A stretch of 32,000 nucleotides of DNA from NCBI GenBank assembly GCA_021650915.1, contig CP091279.1:3600001-3632000 (forward strand). The letters run 5' to 3'. Shown here one piece after another: positions 16,619 to 25,829 of the stretch. Every line of letters starts with the position of its first letter. Positions within the stretch are counted from its first letter, which is position 1. Position numbers and translations under genes: made by a program. The notes below the pieces were generated by a model, which was not told where the DNA came from, did no database searches, and saw nothing but the letters and a program-made list of their open reading frames with translations. This DNA is from Candidatus Brocadia sp. GTDB lineage: Bacteria; Planctomycetota; Brocadiia; Brocadiales; Brocadiaceae.

Positions 16619-17593
16619 TTAAAACCCCACTTCCAGCAAGTCCTGCACATCAATGATCCCGATGGGTGCGTGGGAGTCATCGACCACGGGAATCTGATCA
16701 ATTTTGTAATCTTTTAGTATCTTGTATGCCTCAGCAACCAGACAGTGGGCATGGATGACCTTCGGCGACCGCGTCATAACCTCCTTTGCGCTGCAATGCA
16801 AAAATGAGATGCCATTTTTCAAATGCCTTCTCAGGTCTCCGTCAGTAAAAAACCCCACGAGTTTATTTTGTTTGTCGACAATACTCACGGCTCCCGGCTT
16901 GCCCGCTGTTTCTGTCATAATAGCAAGAACGTCCAGTAAAGGCGTATCTTCATCGGCGACAGGGTTCTCTTCATTCTTGCGCATGACCATTTCTACGGTC
17001 AGCAATTTTCTGCCGAGCTCTCCTCCCGGATGATAGAAGGCATAATCTTCTTTTCTGAGATTCCGTTTTTTGAATATTGTAAGGGCTAAGGCGTCTCCGA
17101 GCGCGAGCATTGCCGTCGAGCTTGCGGATGGGGCAAGACCCAAATGGCACGGTTCTTCGATCTTGCCGATGTCAAGCACAACATCGCTGTGTTTTGCCAG
17201 AGAAGATTTGTGATTTCCCGTAATGGCAAGCACCTGTGCCCCGATCTGTTTCACAAAGGGCAAGAGGGTAACCACCTCAGTTTCACCACTGTTCGAAAGC
17301 ACCAAAACAATGTCATCCGAAACAATGCGTCCCAGATCGCCATGCCGCGCCTCCGACGAATGAATCCAGTAAGAAGGTGTCCCCGTGCTGGCCAGGGTGG
17401 CAGAAATTTTCTGACCAATAATCCCTGCCTTCCCGATGCCCGTAACGACAACCCGCCCTCTGCAGGCAAAGATCAGATCAACAGCCCGTTGAAAATTCTG
17501 ATCAAGGCGGTTGGTCAGGTTTTTAATTGCTTCTGACTCAAGAAGGAGTACCTCCTTTGCGAAATCAATATCAGACAGAAGGTTTTCTTTCAT
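16619..17593 (-). CDS. kdsD: Arabinose-5-phosphate isomerase (SIS domain plus two CBS domains)
   Basis: The SIS block is GRVVVTGIGKAGIIGQKISATLASTGTPSYWIHSSEARHGDLG...VLSNSGET, followed by C-terminal CBS pairs. I place the start at MKENLL (17593). The longer ORF to 17836 overlaps the divergent M50 gene. Confidence 0.9.
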   Translation of the reverse strand: MKENLLSDIDFAKEVLLLESEAIKNLTNRLDQNFQRAVDLIFACRGRVVVTGIGKAGIIGQKISATLASTGTPSYWIHSSEARHGDLGRIVSDDIVLVLSNSGETEVVTLLPFVKQIGAQVLAITGNHKSSLAKHSDVVLDIGKIEEPCHLGLAPSASSTAMLALGDALALTIFKKRNLRKEDYAFYHPGGELGRKLLTVEMVMRKNEENPVADEDTPLLDVLAIMTETAGKPGAVSIVDKQNKLVGFFTDGDLRRHLKNGISFLHCSAKEVMTRSPKVIHAHCLVAEAYKILKDYKIDQIPVVDDSHAPIGIIDVQDLLEVGF

Positions 17594-17807
17594 CTGGTTG
17601 TTTTCATTCCGTTGTACATCGGTGAAATCAGCGAATTTTTGCGCGCACGCAGTTTGATTATAGTGGTCATTCCTGCAACATTCAAGAGAAAAGAACGACC
17701 TCATCCGGGAAACAGGGCGTTCCGTGTTCTGTGCTTGACAACGTATTTCCCTTGTGTTAGGATGTTTTTCACGTATAGACTCAATGAGGGGAGAAGATGC
17801 AGAATTG

Positions 17808-18437
17808 ATGAATTTCAACAACTTACTTATTACCATTCCTGTGATCCTTTATGCGCTCACGATTCATGAGTATTTTCATGGATGGACGGCAAATAAGTTC
17901 GGGGATTCCACGGCAAGGCTTCAGGGTCGTCTGACATTAAATCCCCTTGCCCATATTGACATTCTCGGTGCATTGTGTTTTGTTTTTGCAAATTTTGGGT
18001 GGGGCAAGCCGGTGCCCATCAATCCTTACAACTTTAGAAATCCCCGCCGGGATAACGTCATTGTGTCCTTTGCCGGGCCTGCCTCGAATTTCGTTTCCGC
18101 TTTTTTATTTGGGGTAACCTTTCAACTCCTGCGCAATGCGACGTTCATACCAGTAAACGTTTCCGCCAATGTGCTTCAATTGCTCCTGGCAGGGATCGGG
18201 GTAAATCTCTCGCTGGCATTTTTTAATATGATTCCTTTATTTCCCCTGGATGGTTCCCACATCCTTGAGGGTTTGCTGCCTTATAGAATGGCACAGAAAT
18301 ATAAGGAGATCGAACGCTACAGCCCTTTTATCCTGCTGGGAATTATCATTATGGGGAATTATGCAGGTATCTCGATTTTAAGCATCGTACTCGGTCCGCC
18401 GATACATTACTTTCTCAGGTTATTTACTGGTTTGTAG
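17808..18437 (+). CDS. Site-2 protease family (peptidase M50) membrane metalloprotease
   Basis: The HExxH motif occurs in TIHEYFHGWTANKFGD, and the distal motif is NMIPLFPLDGSHIL. The start is ambiguous (17754, 17784 or 17808). Confidence 0.8.
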   Translation: MNFNNLLITIPVILYALTIHEYFHGWTANKFGDSTARLQGRLTLNPLAHIDILGALCFVFANFGWGKPVPINPYNFRNPRRDNVIVSFAGPASNFVSAFLFGVTFQLLRNATFIPVNVSANVLQLLLAGIGVNLSLAFFNMIPLFPLDGSHILEGLLPYRMAQKYKEIERYSPFILLGIIIMGNYAGISILSIVLGPPIHYFLRLFTGL

Positions 18438-18493
18438 CATTAATCGGCACCGTATCTTAAGTTTCTTGCACCTCTTTCTCCGGCGCACAAGAA

Positions 18494-19225
18494 ATGGCAA
18501 ACGAATATAAAGTCGATCTGGATGTTTACAACGGTCCCCTTGATTTACTCCTGTACCTGATCAGAAAAGAGGAAGTTAATATCTGCGACATTCCTATTGC
18601 GCGGATTACCGATCAGTACTTACAGTACGTAGAAGCCTTGCATGCGCTGGATATGAATATTGTCGGTGATTTTTTAGTGATGGCGGCTACGCTTATGTAC
18701 GTGAAATCGTATATGCTTCTTCCGCGCACCGAAATAAAAGAGGATGAAGAGGAAATAGAAGATCCCAGGTCATCCCTGGTAAAGCAATTATTGGAATACA
18801 AACGGTATAAGGAGCGCACCTTCATATTGGCTGACCGGGCTGCTGAGTGGGAAAAGAAGTGCTCCCGGATTCCCGGAGAGTCCCTCCTTGAAATACCAGA
18901 AGATAAAGGGGAGCAACTGCCGCTGGAGGGCATCAGGATATGGGACCTGTTACAAAGGTTTTCCCAGCTCATGAAGCAGCTATCGCTGGATGTATCCACC
19001 AAGGTAACGTATGATGACACACCGATACAGGAGTATATGGATACTGTCCTCGAAAAGGTGCATCTCCACACCTCGGTATCTTTTGCAGACCTTTTTGCCG
19101 GGATCTATGAAAGGAGGCGGATTATTGGTTTCTTTCTCGCCTTGCTGGAACTGGTTCGGCTCGCGAGGGTAAAGATTGAGCAGCCGGCAAACTATGCGGA
19201 TATTCATATCTCCCTCTTTTCCTGA
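18494..19225 (+). CDS. scpA: Segregation and condensation protein A
   Basis: The N-terminus VDLDVYNGPLDLLLYLIRKEEVNICDIPIARITDQYLQYV is the ScpA signature. Confidence 0.85.
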   Translation: MANEYKVDLDVYNGPLDLLLYLIRKEEVNICDIPIARITDQYLQYVEALHALDMNIVGDFLVMAATLMYVKSYMLLPRTEIKEDEEEIEDPRSSLVKQLLEYKRYKERTFILADRAAEWEKKCSRIPGESLLEIPEDKGEQLPLEGIRIWDLLQRFSQLMKQLSLDVSTKVTYDDTPIQEYMDTVLEKVHLHTSVSFADLFAGIYERRRIIGFFLALLELVRLARVKIEQPANYADIHISLFS

Positions 19226-19296
19226 CCCAAACGAATCCGAAGGGTTTTTTCTCTGTTCAGGGCTCTCCTTTTTCCTCTGCCAAAGTATCATTCAAA

Positions 19297-20130
19297 ATGA
19301 AGACCCAGGCACCGTCCTTCTCTAAAGTTCTTTCTATCGCCGGTTCTGATACCAGCGGCGGCGCCGGCATACAGGCAGATATTAAAACAATTACCGCGCT
19401 GGGTTGCTATGCGACAACCGTTGTTACGGCGCTGACCGCACAGAATTCCCTCGGAGTACACTCCATTTTTGAGGTGCCGGCATCCTTTGTGGGAGAACAA
19501 ATTGATGCAGTTATGACGGATATTGGTACCGATGCCGTTAAAACAGGGATGCTGATGAATAAAGATGTTGTGGAGGTGGTGTGCTCGAAGGTCAGGGAAT
19601 ATAAGATCGAACGCCTGGTGGTTGACCCGGTCATACTGTCCAAAAACGGGAGGCGCTTGTTGACAGCCGATGCTGTTCGTGTCGTCACTGTCCAGTTATT
19701 TCCTTTAGCCCTCCTCGTTACTCCAAATATTCCGGAGGCAGCAGATATTACTGGTTTACCGATAAAAAGCATCTCCGATGCTGAAGAAGCCGCCCGGAGC
19801 ATTTATCAGCTAGGCCCGGCCTATGTGCTTATTAAGGGGGGACATGCAAAAAGATCCTGGGATCGTCAGGGGAAAGACAAGGTAATCGATATTGTCTATG
19901 ATGGAAAAGGCTTTGAATATATTGAAGGCGACTATATCCGAACAGACAATACCCACGGCACCGGTTGTACCTATGCCTCAGCAATAGCCGCATTTCTGGC
20001 AAAGGGAAACGGTCTTGTGGATGCCGTTGTTCAGGCAAAAGAATTCGTTACCACAGCCATTCAGAAATCATTTGAACTTGGCAGGGGATACGGAACGTTA
20101 GATCAATACCATACAGTACAATTACCTTGA
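19297..20130 (+). CDS. thiD: Hydroxymethylpyrimidine / phosphomethylpyrimidine kinase
   Basis: The translation reads VLSIAGSDTSGGAGIQADIKTITALGCYATTVVTALTAQNSLGV ... THGTGCTYASAIAAFLAKG. Confidence 0.9.
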   Translation: MKTQAPSFSKVLSIAGSDTSGGAGIQADIKTITALGCYATTVVTALTAQNSLGVHSIFEVPASFVGEQIDAVMTDIGTDAVKTGMLMNKDVVEVVCSKVREYKIERLVVDPVILSKNGRRLLTADAVRVVTVQLFPLALLVTPNIPEAADITGLPIKSISDAEEAARSIYQLGPAYVLIKGGHAKRSWDRQGKDKVIDIVYDGKGFEYIEGDYIRTDNTHGTGCTYASAIAAFLAKGNGLVDAVVQAKEFVTTAIQKSFELGRGYGTLDQYHTVQLP

Positions 20131-20233
20131 ATTGCGTCCGGCTTCTTGGTATACTTCACCCCATTATCTTCTGAGATTTGTGAACGTTCTGATGTATTCC
20201 TTCTCCGTATCCCGGCAAGCGGTTTTTTTATAA

Positions 20234-20887
20234 TTGAGGTTGTACGCTGATATGCAGTACATTGCATCATTGGAATCCAGCGTGTTGGTGTTAAATAAAT
20301 TTTTCATGGCGCTCCATATCATTTCAGCAAAAAGGGCATTCGTTTTACTCTGTAAAGAGACGGCAGAGGTGGTTTCCGTAGACGAAGGGAAATTTAACTC
20401 TTATGATTTTTACGGCTGGAAGGACGTCTCCCTTTACAAGGCCAGATCAGGGTTGCCTGAAGAGGATACCACAAGCTGGATTAAGACCGTCTCCTTTGAA
20501 ATTGAGGTGCCGAAGATTATTCGCCTTTTGTTCTACGATAAGCATCCGCAGTCTAATGTAAAATTTAACCGGCGAAACATCTTTGCGCGTGATGAAAACA
20601 AATGCCAATACTGCGGTCGCCGTTTTCCAACAATGGAGCTGAGTTTAGACCATATTGTCCCGAAGGCGTATAATGGGAAAACCACTTGGACAAATATCGT
20701 CTGTGCCTGCACGGAGTGCAACAAATTAAAGGGCGGAAGGACTCCGGAAGAGGCAAGCATGAGATTAATTCGTAAGCCCGTGAAGCCGAGGCACAGCCCC
20801 ATTTTGAGTCTTAAACTTCGTTCAGACAGGTATCGTTCCTGGAAGCAATTTTTAAATGAGGCATATTGGTCCGTTCCTCTGAAATAA
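20234..20887 (+). CDS. HNH endonuclease family protein (conserved stand-alone type with an N-terminal VLVLN...RAF domain)
   Basis: The HNH core is CQYCGRRFPTMELSLDHIVPKAYNGKTTWTNIVCACTECNKLKG. The ATG at 20252 (MQYIAS) is a more conventional start than the TTG at 20234. Confidence 0.8.
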   Translation: MRLYADMQYIASLESSVLVLNKFFMALHIISAKRAFVLLCKETAEVVSVDEGKFNSYDFYGWKDVSLYKARSGLPEEDTTSWIKTVSFEIEVPKIIRLLFYDKHPQSNVKFNRRNIFARDENKCQYCGRRFPTMELSLDHIVPKAYNGKTTWTNIVCACTECNKLKGGRTPEEASMRLIRKPVKPRHSPILSLKLRSDRYRSWKQFLNEAYWSVPLK

Positions 20888-21014
20888 AACCTGTTCCAGG
20901 CAGGTTCAGATTTCGTGAGGAATTTTTTCTTTTCTCGCGTTTATTAATAACTATTTTCGGGAATATTATTTAAAAGTCCTGGAAGAGGGTGCTTCAGACA
21001 TACGCTCCAAAGCG

Positions 21015-22043
21015 ATGCTGAAAACGCTGTATCCTCTCTCAAAAATATACGGGTTTGTCGTTAAAACTCGTATTTTTTTTTATAAAAAAGGCATTTTTAA
21101 GAGCGTTCGGCTACCCATTCCGGTAATCAGTGTGGGGAATATTACGTTGGGAGGAACGGGTAAGACGCCGGTTATTGAGTATATAGCGCACTATTTACAG
21201 AAAAAAGGGAAAAGGGTTGCCATCCTCAGCAGGGGGTACGCAGCCACAATCGAACAAGAACCGGACGCTTTGCATAAAAATTTTTGCAATGATGAGCATC
21301 TCGTGTTTCAGGAAAATATCCCGGATGTTCCTCACCTGATACATAAAGATCGGGTGAAAAGCGGGCTACGCGCAATCGGACAATTTCAGGCTCAATATTT
21401 ATTACTGGATGACGGTTTCCAGCATTTGCGTCTGGCCAGGGATATAAATATGGTGACTATTGATGCGCTTAATCCGTTTGGTTTTGGGTATACCATCCCC
21501 CGCGGCATGTTGCGCGAACCTCTGGAAGAATTAAGACGGGCGGACCTGTTTGTGCTAACCCACACAGATCAGTGCGGTCATGATAAAATGCAATCCATCA
21601 AGGAACGGTTGCGTGAGATTGCAGGGCATGTTCCGGTGGTAGAGACCGTTCATAAACCCATCGGGTTAGAATCGTCTGCGGGCACAGAAATGACGGATAT
21701 TCGTGTACTGCAGGGGAAAAGGGTGTTTGCATTTTGTGCCATTGGCAATCCTGAATCATTTAGGAAAAGCATAGAAGGCTTAGGGGGAAAATTGCTCTGT
21801 TTCCATGCGTTTCCGGATCATCATGTCTATACCGCATCGGAGTTGCGAGCATTGAGTGCAGAGGCGAAGCGCGTCAGTCCGGAGGTAATCATGATTACCC
21901 AAAAGGATCGCGTCAAGATAAAAAATGTCGGCGAATCATGGGACTTCCCGTTATGGACATTAAAAATAGAAATTCGTATTACAAAGGGTTGTGAAATTTT
22001 TGAAAAGAAGATGAATGCTCTTCTGAATGGAAAGGAGAAGTAA
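21015..22043 (+). CDS. lpxK: Tetraacyldisaccharide 4'-kinase
   Basis: The P-loop context is PVISVGNITLGGTGKTPVIEYIA, followed by LLDDGFQH. Confidence 0.9.
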   Translation: MLKTLYPLSKIYGFVVKTRIFFYKKGIFKSVRLPIPVISVGNITLGGTGKTPVIEYIAHYLQKKGKRVAILSRGYAATIEQEPDALHKNFCNDEHLVFQENIPDVPHLIHKDRVKSGLRAIGQFQAQYLLLDDGFQHLRLARDINMVTIDALNPFGFGYTIPRGMLREPLEELRRADLFVLTHTDQCGHDKMQSIKERLREIAGHVPVVETVHKPIGLESSAGTEMTDIRVLQGKRVFAFCAIGNPESFRKSIEGLGGKLLCFHAFPDHHVYTASELRALSAEAKRVSPEVIMITQKDRVKIKNVGESWDFPLWTLKIEIRITKGCEIFEKKMNALLNGKEK

Positions 22044-22044
22044 C

Positions 22045-22215
22045 GTGGCTCATAAGATCACGGATGACTGTATCAATTGTGGTGCATGTGAAAGTGAATG
22101 TCCTGTCAATGCAATATCGGAATCAGACGATAAGAGGATCATCAGTGCGGAGACCTGTACTGATTGTGGAAATTGTGTGGAGGTATGTCCCGTCGAGGCG
22201 ATTCTTGCCCCATAG
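22045..22215 (+). CDS. Clostridial-type 2x[4Fe-4S] ferredoxin
   Basis: Two cluster motifs are present: CINCGACESECPVNAI and CTDCGNCVEVCPVEAI. The GTG at 22045 is preceded by aaggag. The in-frame ATG at 22027 lies inside lpxK and is less likely. Confidence 0.8.
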   Translation: MAHKITDDCINCGACESECPVNAISESDDKRIISAETCTDCGNCVEVCPVEAILAP

Positions 22216-22242
22216 GGACATCCCTTTAAGGATGAGACTGGA

Positions 22243-23217
22243 ATGTCAAGCAAACGTGAGGATGATGAGGGTAGTTTTTTTAAACCATTAAACCTCAGTA
22301 AAATTAAGACGTATTCAATAAAGGAACGAAAGAATCTTTCCCATGTCAACCGGTTTGCAAAACCCGTTTCACCGCAGGATGGAATGCATGCCTTTTTCGA
22401 ATCCCTGCCGGAATTCCTGGCGTCAGCAAATTTACGGAAGGTAATTGACGCGATAGTTCATGCGCATCGGAAGAAACGTCCGGTGGTAATGGCGCTTGGC
22501 GCTCATGTGATCAAGTGCGGTCTATCTCCCTTGATTATCGACCTCATGAACCGCCGCATCATAACCGCTCTTGCCATGCATGGCGCATCGGCGATTCATG
22601 ATTACGAAGTCTCACTCATTGGGGCAACATCTGAGGACGTTGCGGAAACTTTAAAGGACGGCAGTTTTGGCATGGTAAAGGAGACGGCGGAGGCATTTCA
22701 GGCCGCATCCGCACACGGAATAAAAGAGGGCAAGGGACTTGGGCGTGCGCTGGGTGATAAAATAGTTGAAGAAGAAAATACCTATCACGACCTGAGCCTG
22801 CTCGCATGGGGTGCAAGACTGAATATACCAACTACCGTTCATGTTGCCCTGGGGACCGATACCATACACATGCATCCGAATGTATCGGGGAGAGATTTGG
22901 GAGAATCCAGCCATACTGATTTTAAAATCCTTGCCTCTGTCGTTTCGCAGCTTGAAGGGGGGGTGTGGCTCAACGTGGGCTCGGCGGTCATTCTGCCGGA
23001 GGTTTTTCTGAAGGCGCTCTGCATTGCAAGGAATCTTGGTCATAAGGTTGAAAATTTTGTGACGGTGAATATGGATATGATTCAGCACTATAGGCCTCAG
23101 ACGAATGTTTTAAGAAGACCAACCCCACACGGATATGCGATTACCGGCCACCATGAAATTATGTTGCCCGTCCTGAGAATGGGTGTTCTTACAAAACTTG
23201 GTAGAGGAGATGAATAA
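22243..23217 (+). CDS. Conserved protein, tentatively deoxyhypusine-synthase-like (DHS-like NAD-binding fold)
   Basis: The block LGAHVIKCGLSPLIIDLMNRRIITALAMHGASAIHDYEVSLIGATSEDV resembles the G..v.aGl...i..Li....i.a..tt.an..HD pattern of DHS-family proteins. The assignment is from memory and is weak. Confidence 0.4.
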   Translation: MSSKREDDEGSFFKPLNLSKIKTYSIKERKNLSHVNRFAKPVSPQDGMHAFFESLPEFLASANLRKVIDAIVHAHRKKRPVVMALGAHVIKCGLSPLIIDLMNRRIITALAMHGASAIHDYEVSLIGATSEDVAETLKDGSFGMVKETAEAFQAASAHGIKEGKGLGRALGDKIVEEENTYHDLSLLAWGARLNIPTTVHVALGTDTIHMHPNVSGRDLGESSHTDFKILASVVSQLEGGVWLNVGSAVILPEVFLKALCIARNLGHKVENFVTVNMDMIQHYRPQTNVLRRPTPHGYAITGHHEIMLPVLRMGVLTKLGRGDE

Positions 23218-23854
23218 GGCCAAAGCCATACTGCAGATATACCAAACAATGCTCGACACCTTAGGTCCCCAGCAATGGTGGCCGGGCGAAACCCCATTCG
23301 AGATTGTCATTGGCGCTATATTAACACAGAATACCAACTGGTCTAATGTTGAAAAGGCCATCAGAAATCTTAAGACGGCCGGAAAACTCTCTCCCCGGGG
23401 AATTCATGAACTGAGTATGTTAGAGTTGGCGCAGCTTATTCGTCCATCCGGTTTTTTTAACGTCAAGGCTAAGCGGGTGAAGGCCTTTATCAATTGGTTA
23501 TTTTCAAGGTATGAAGGTAATCTTTCCCGAATGTTCAATCAGGACTTGCAGATACTTCGGGACGAATTACTCTCGGTGAAAGGTATCGGGCCGGAAACAG
23601 CAGATTCGATTTTGCTGTATGCAGGAAACATGCCTACCTTTGTTGTGGATGCGTATACCCACCGGATTTTTTCACGGCATGGTTTTATTGCCGAAGAAAG
23701 CACCTATGATGAGATGAAGGCTTTTTTCGAGGAAAATCTTCCGAAAGATGTAACCTTGTACAATGAGTACCATGCCTTATTGGTGCATATAGGCAAGAGA
23801 TACTGTAGACCGAAAAAGGCCTGTGAGCCTTGCCCTTTGAAGGATTTTTTGTAA
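23210..23854 (+). CDS. Endonuclease III-like HhH-GPD DNA glycosylase
   Basis: The translation reads WWPGETPFEIVIGAILTQNTNWSNVEKAI ... LLSVKGIGPETADSILLYA ... VDAYTHRIF ... YCRPKKACEPCPL. The start MNKAKAIL at 23210 overlaps the upstream stop. The ORF-track start is 23183. Confidence 0.75.
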   Translation: MNKAKAILQIYQTMLDTLGPQQWWPGETPFEIVIGAILTQNTNWSNVEKAIRNLKTAGKLSPRGIHELSMLELAQLIRPSGFFNVKAKRVKAFINWLFSRYEGNLSRMFNQDLQILRDELLSVKGIGPETADSILLYAGNMPTFVVDAYTHRIFSRHGFIAEESTYDEMKAFFEENLPKDVTLYNEYHALLVHIGKRYCRPKKACEPCPLKDFL

Positions 23855-23874
23855 TTCGTAATTGGAGCAATAAA

Positions 23875-25161
23875 ATGACAGACACCGAAGTAATAATAAA
23901 AGGAGGACATGTTATTGATCCCGCAACCGGGCTGGATGGCAGGGCAGATATCTTAATCAAAGATGGCAAGATCAGCGCCATTTCAGATGATATGAAGGCA
24001 AGTGCTCCTGCCAGGGTTATTGATGCACGTTCAAAATATGTAATTCCCGGACTGATCGATTGTCATGTCCATCTTCGGGAACCGGGGCTGGAGTATAAAG
24101 AGACAATTGAAACCGGGTCTCGGGCTGCGGCAAAGGGTGGTTTTACCACCCTCATCTGTGAGCCCAACACGATTCCGCCGATCGACTCTCTAGAAATGGT
24201 GGCAGCGCTCATGGACAGGGTTCGCCAGAAAAGCGTGGTGAATATTTTCACCAAGGCGTGCATTACCAAAGGGTTGCTGGGAGAGGAATTAACGGACATT
24301 GATAAGCTGGCAACCGATAAACGGGTAAAAGCCCTTTCGGACGATGGCAACCCGGTCTTTTACGAGGCCTTAATAAAACGGGCATGTGAACTGGCTGCAC
24401 GGAGCAATCTTATCATCAGCCCCCACTGTGAGGATTCCCAAATGTCTTTAGACAAGGCAAAAGAAAACAGCAGGGTGGCGCATTTCCCTGGCAAGCCTTT
24501 TTGTCACGAAACGGATTTTATCATGCGCGAAATCAAATATACCGAAGAGGCGCGCGGATGGTTGCACGTCTCACACGTCAGCTTTAAAAAATCCCTGGAG
24601 GTTATCCAGCAGGCAAAGGAAAGGAACCTTGCAAAAATAACCTGTGAAGTAACGCCCCATCATTTGTTATTGGACGATACTTTCAGAAATGAACACGGAG
24701 CGGTACCCAAAACTAATCCTCCCCTCCGGTCGCCTGAAGACAGGCAAGCGCTGCAGAGAGGTTTAGCAGAGGGGGTAATTGATGTTATTGCGACTGACCA
24801 TGCCCCCCATACGCATGACGATATTAAAAAAGGATCGTCCGGGTTTGTCGGGCTTGAAAATGCACTGGGTGTCATTGTTACAAAATTAGTCCATCCGGGG
24901 ATTTTGTCACTGAAAGAGATCGTTCGGAAAATGTCAACGAACCCTGCGCGGATATTCAATGTTGCCGGTGGCAGTCTGGCGGTAGGTATGCCAGCAGATA
25001 TTGCAATTCTTGATATGAACAAGACATGGACGGTGGCAGTAGACAAATTTGTGTCAAAGGCACGCAACTGTCCCTTTCATGGCTGGAATTTGACCGGGCA
25101 AGTAACCACCACCCTTGTCGGTGGCAAGATCATTGTTGATCATGGCAATATGGTATGTTAA
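23875..25161 (+). CDS. pyrC: Dihydroorotase (amidohydrolase superfamily)
   Basis: The translation reads IIKGGHVIDPATGLDGRADILIKDGKISAI...VIPGLIDCHVHLREPGLEYKETIETGSRAAAKGGFTT...ATDHAPH. The ATG at 23875 is preceded by ggag. Confidence 0.85.
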   Translation: MTDTEVIIKGGHVIDPATGLDGRADILIKDGKISAISDDMKASAPARVIDARSKYVIPGLIDCHVHLREPGLEYKETIETGSRAAAKGGFTTLICEPNTIPPIDSLEMVAALMDRVRQKSVVNIFTKACITKGLLGEELTDIDKLATDKRVKALSDDGNPVFYEALIKRACELAARSNLIISPHCEDSQMSLDKAKENSRVAHFPGKPFCHETDFIMREIKYTEEARGWLHVSHVSFKKSLEVIQQAKERNLAKITCEVTPHHLLLDDTFRNEHGAVPKTNPPLRSPEDRQALQRGLAEGVIDVIATDHAPHTHDDIKKGSSGFVGLENALGVIVTKLVHPGILSLKEIVRKMSTNPARIFNVAGGSLAVGMPADIAILDMNKTWTVAVDKFVSKARNCPFHGWNLTGQVTTTLVGGKIIVDHGNMVC

Positions 25162-25829
25162 TCATCATAGATGGCTACAACTTCATATTTACGGTGCCTG
25201 CCCTGGAAAGGCATGTGGGAATAAACCGCATTGAGCCGGCGCGGGATCACATCATATCCCTCTTTTCGCGATACAAAGAGGCGAAACGCTATGATGTCAT
25301 TGTGGTATTTGATGGCAATTACACACAGGCCTCATTACCAAAAAAACAAACGTATTCAGGGGTTAACGTGATTTATTCAAGATCAGGCATAAGTGCAGAC
25401 ACAGAAATAAAGAACCTTACCAGTCTTTGTCAAAATCCAGGCGATGTTCATATTGTAACCTACGACAATGAAATAAAGCGGCACGTCAGGAAATGCGGTT
25501 GCCATGTTATTGAACCAATCGCCATGTACCGGGAAATCGTGGAAATTCTAACAAACGGGGAAAAAAATATCTCTGATGAGCCGGAAGATAAGCAAACAGG
25601 CCCATCGGAAGATGACGCAAAATACTGGAAGGGTGTTTTCAAAGATCTCACCGATGACGAGCTAAAATCGTGTGGAAGGAAAACAGGCATGCCTAAAATA
25701 AGGAGACAAAAGGCGCCCGCGTCTGACAAGAATGAACCGCCATACAAATACCAGGGCCCGTCTGCGGATGAGACGCAATTTTGGGCGCGTGTCTTTAAAG
25801 AAGCCGAAAAGAATGAACATCAAGATTAG
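25155..25829 (+). CDS. YacP/Rae1-like NYN-domain (PIN-like) ribonuclease with a repeat-containing C-terminal tail
   Basis: The blocks MLIIIDGYNFIF...ARDHIISL...VIVVFDG...SADTEIK...VTYDNEI parallel B. subtilis YacP motifs (DGYN, ARD, VVFD, ADE.I, TSD). Confidence 0.75.
   Translation: MLIIIDGYNFIFTVPALERHVGINRIEPARDHIISLFSRYKEAKRYDVIVVFDGNYTQASLPKKQTYSGVNVIYSRSGISADTEIKNLTSLCQNPGDVHIVTYDNEIKRHVRKCGCHVIEPIAMYREIVEILTNGEKNISDEPEDKQTGPSEDDAKYWKGVFKDLTDDELKSCGRKTGMPKIRRQKAPASDKNEPPYKYQGPSADETQFWARVFKEAEKNEHQD

Noticed and set aside
17594-17836. An 81-codon N-terminal extension of the kdsD ORF (MVISKLLKF...NENNQ)
   Set aside because: The extension has no KdsD/KpsF similarity and overlaps the divergent M50 protease gene and its promoter region. 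A normal-length 324-aa KdsD starts at MKENLL (17593).
19226-19296. A TPP riboswitch upstream of thiD
   Set aside because: The 71-nt spacer is too short and lacks the conserved CUGAGA / ACCUGAUCUGGAUAAUGCCAGCG-type elements.
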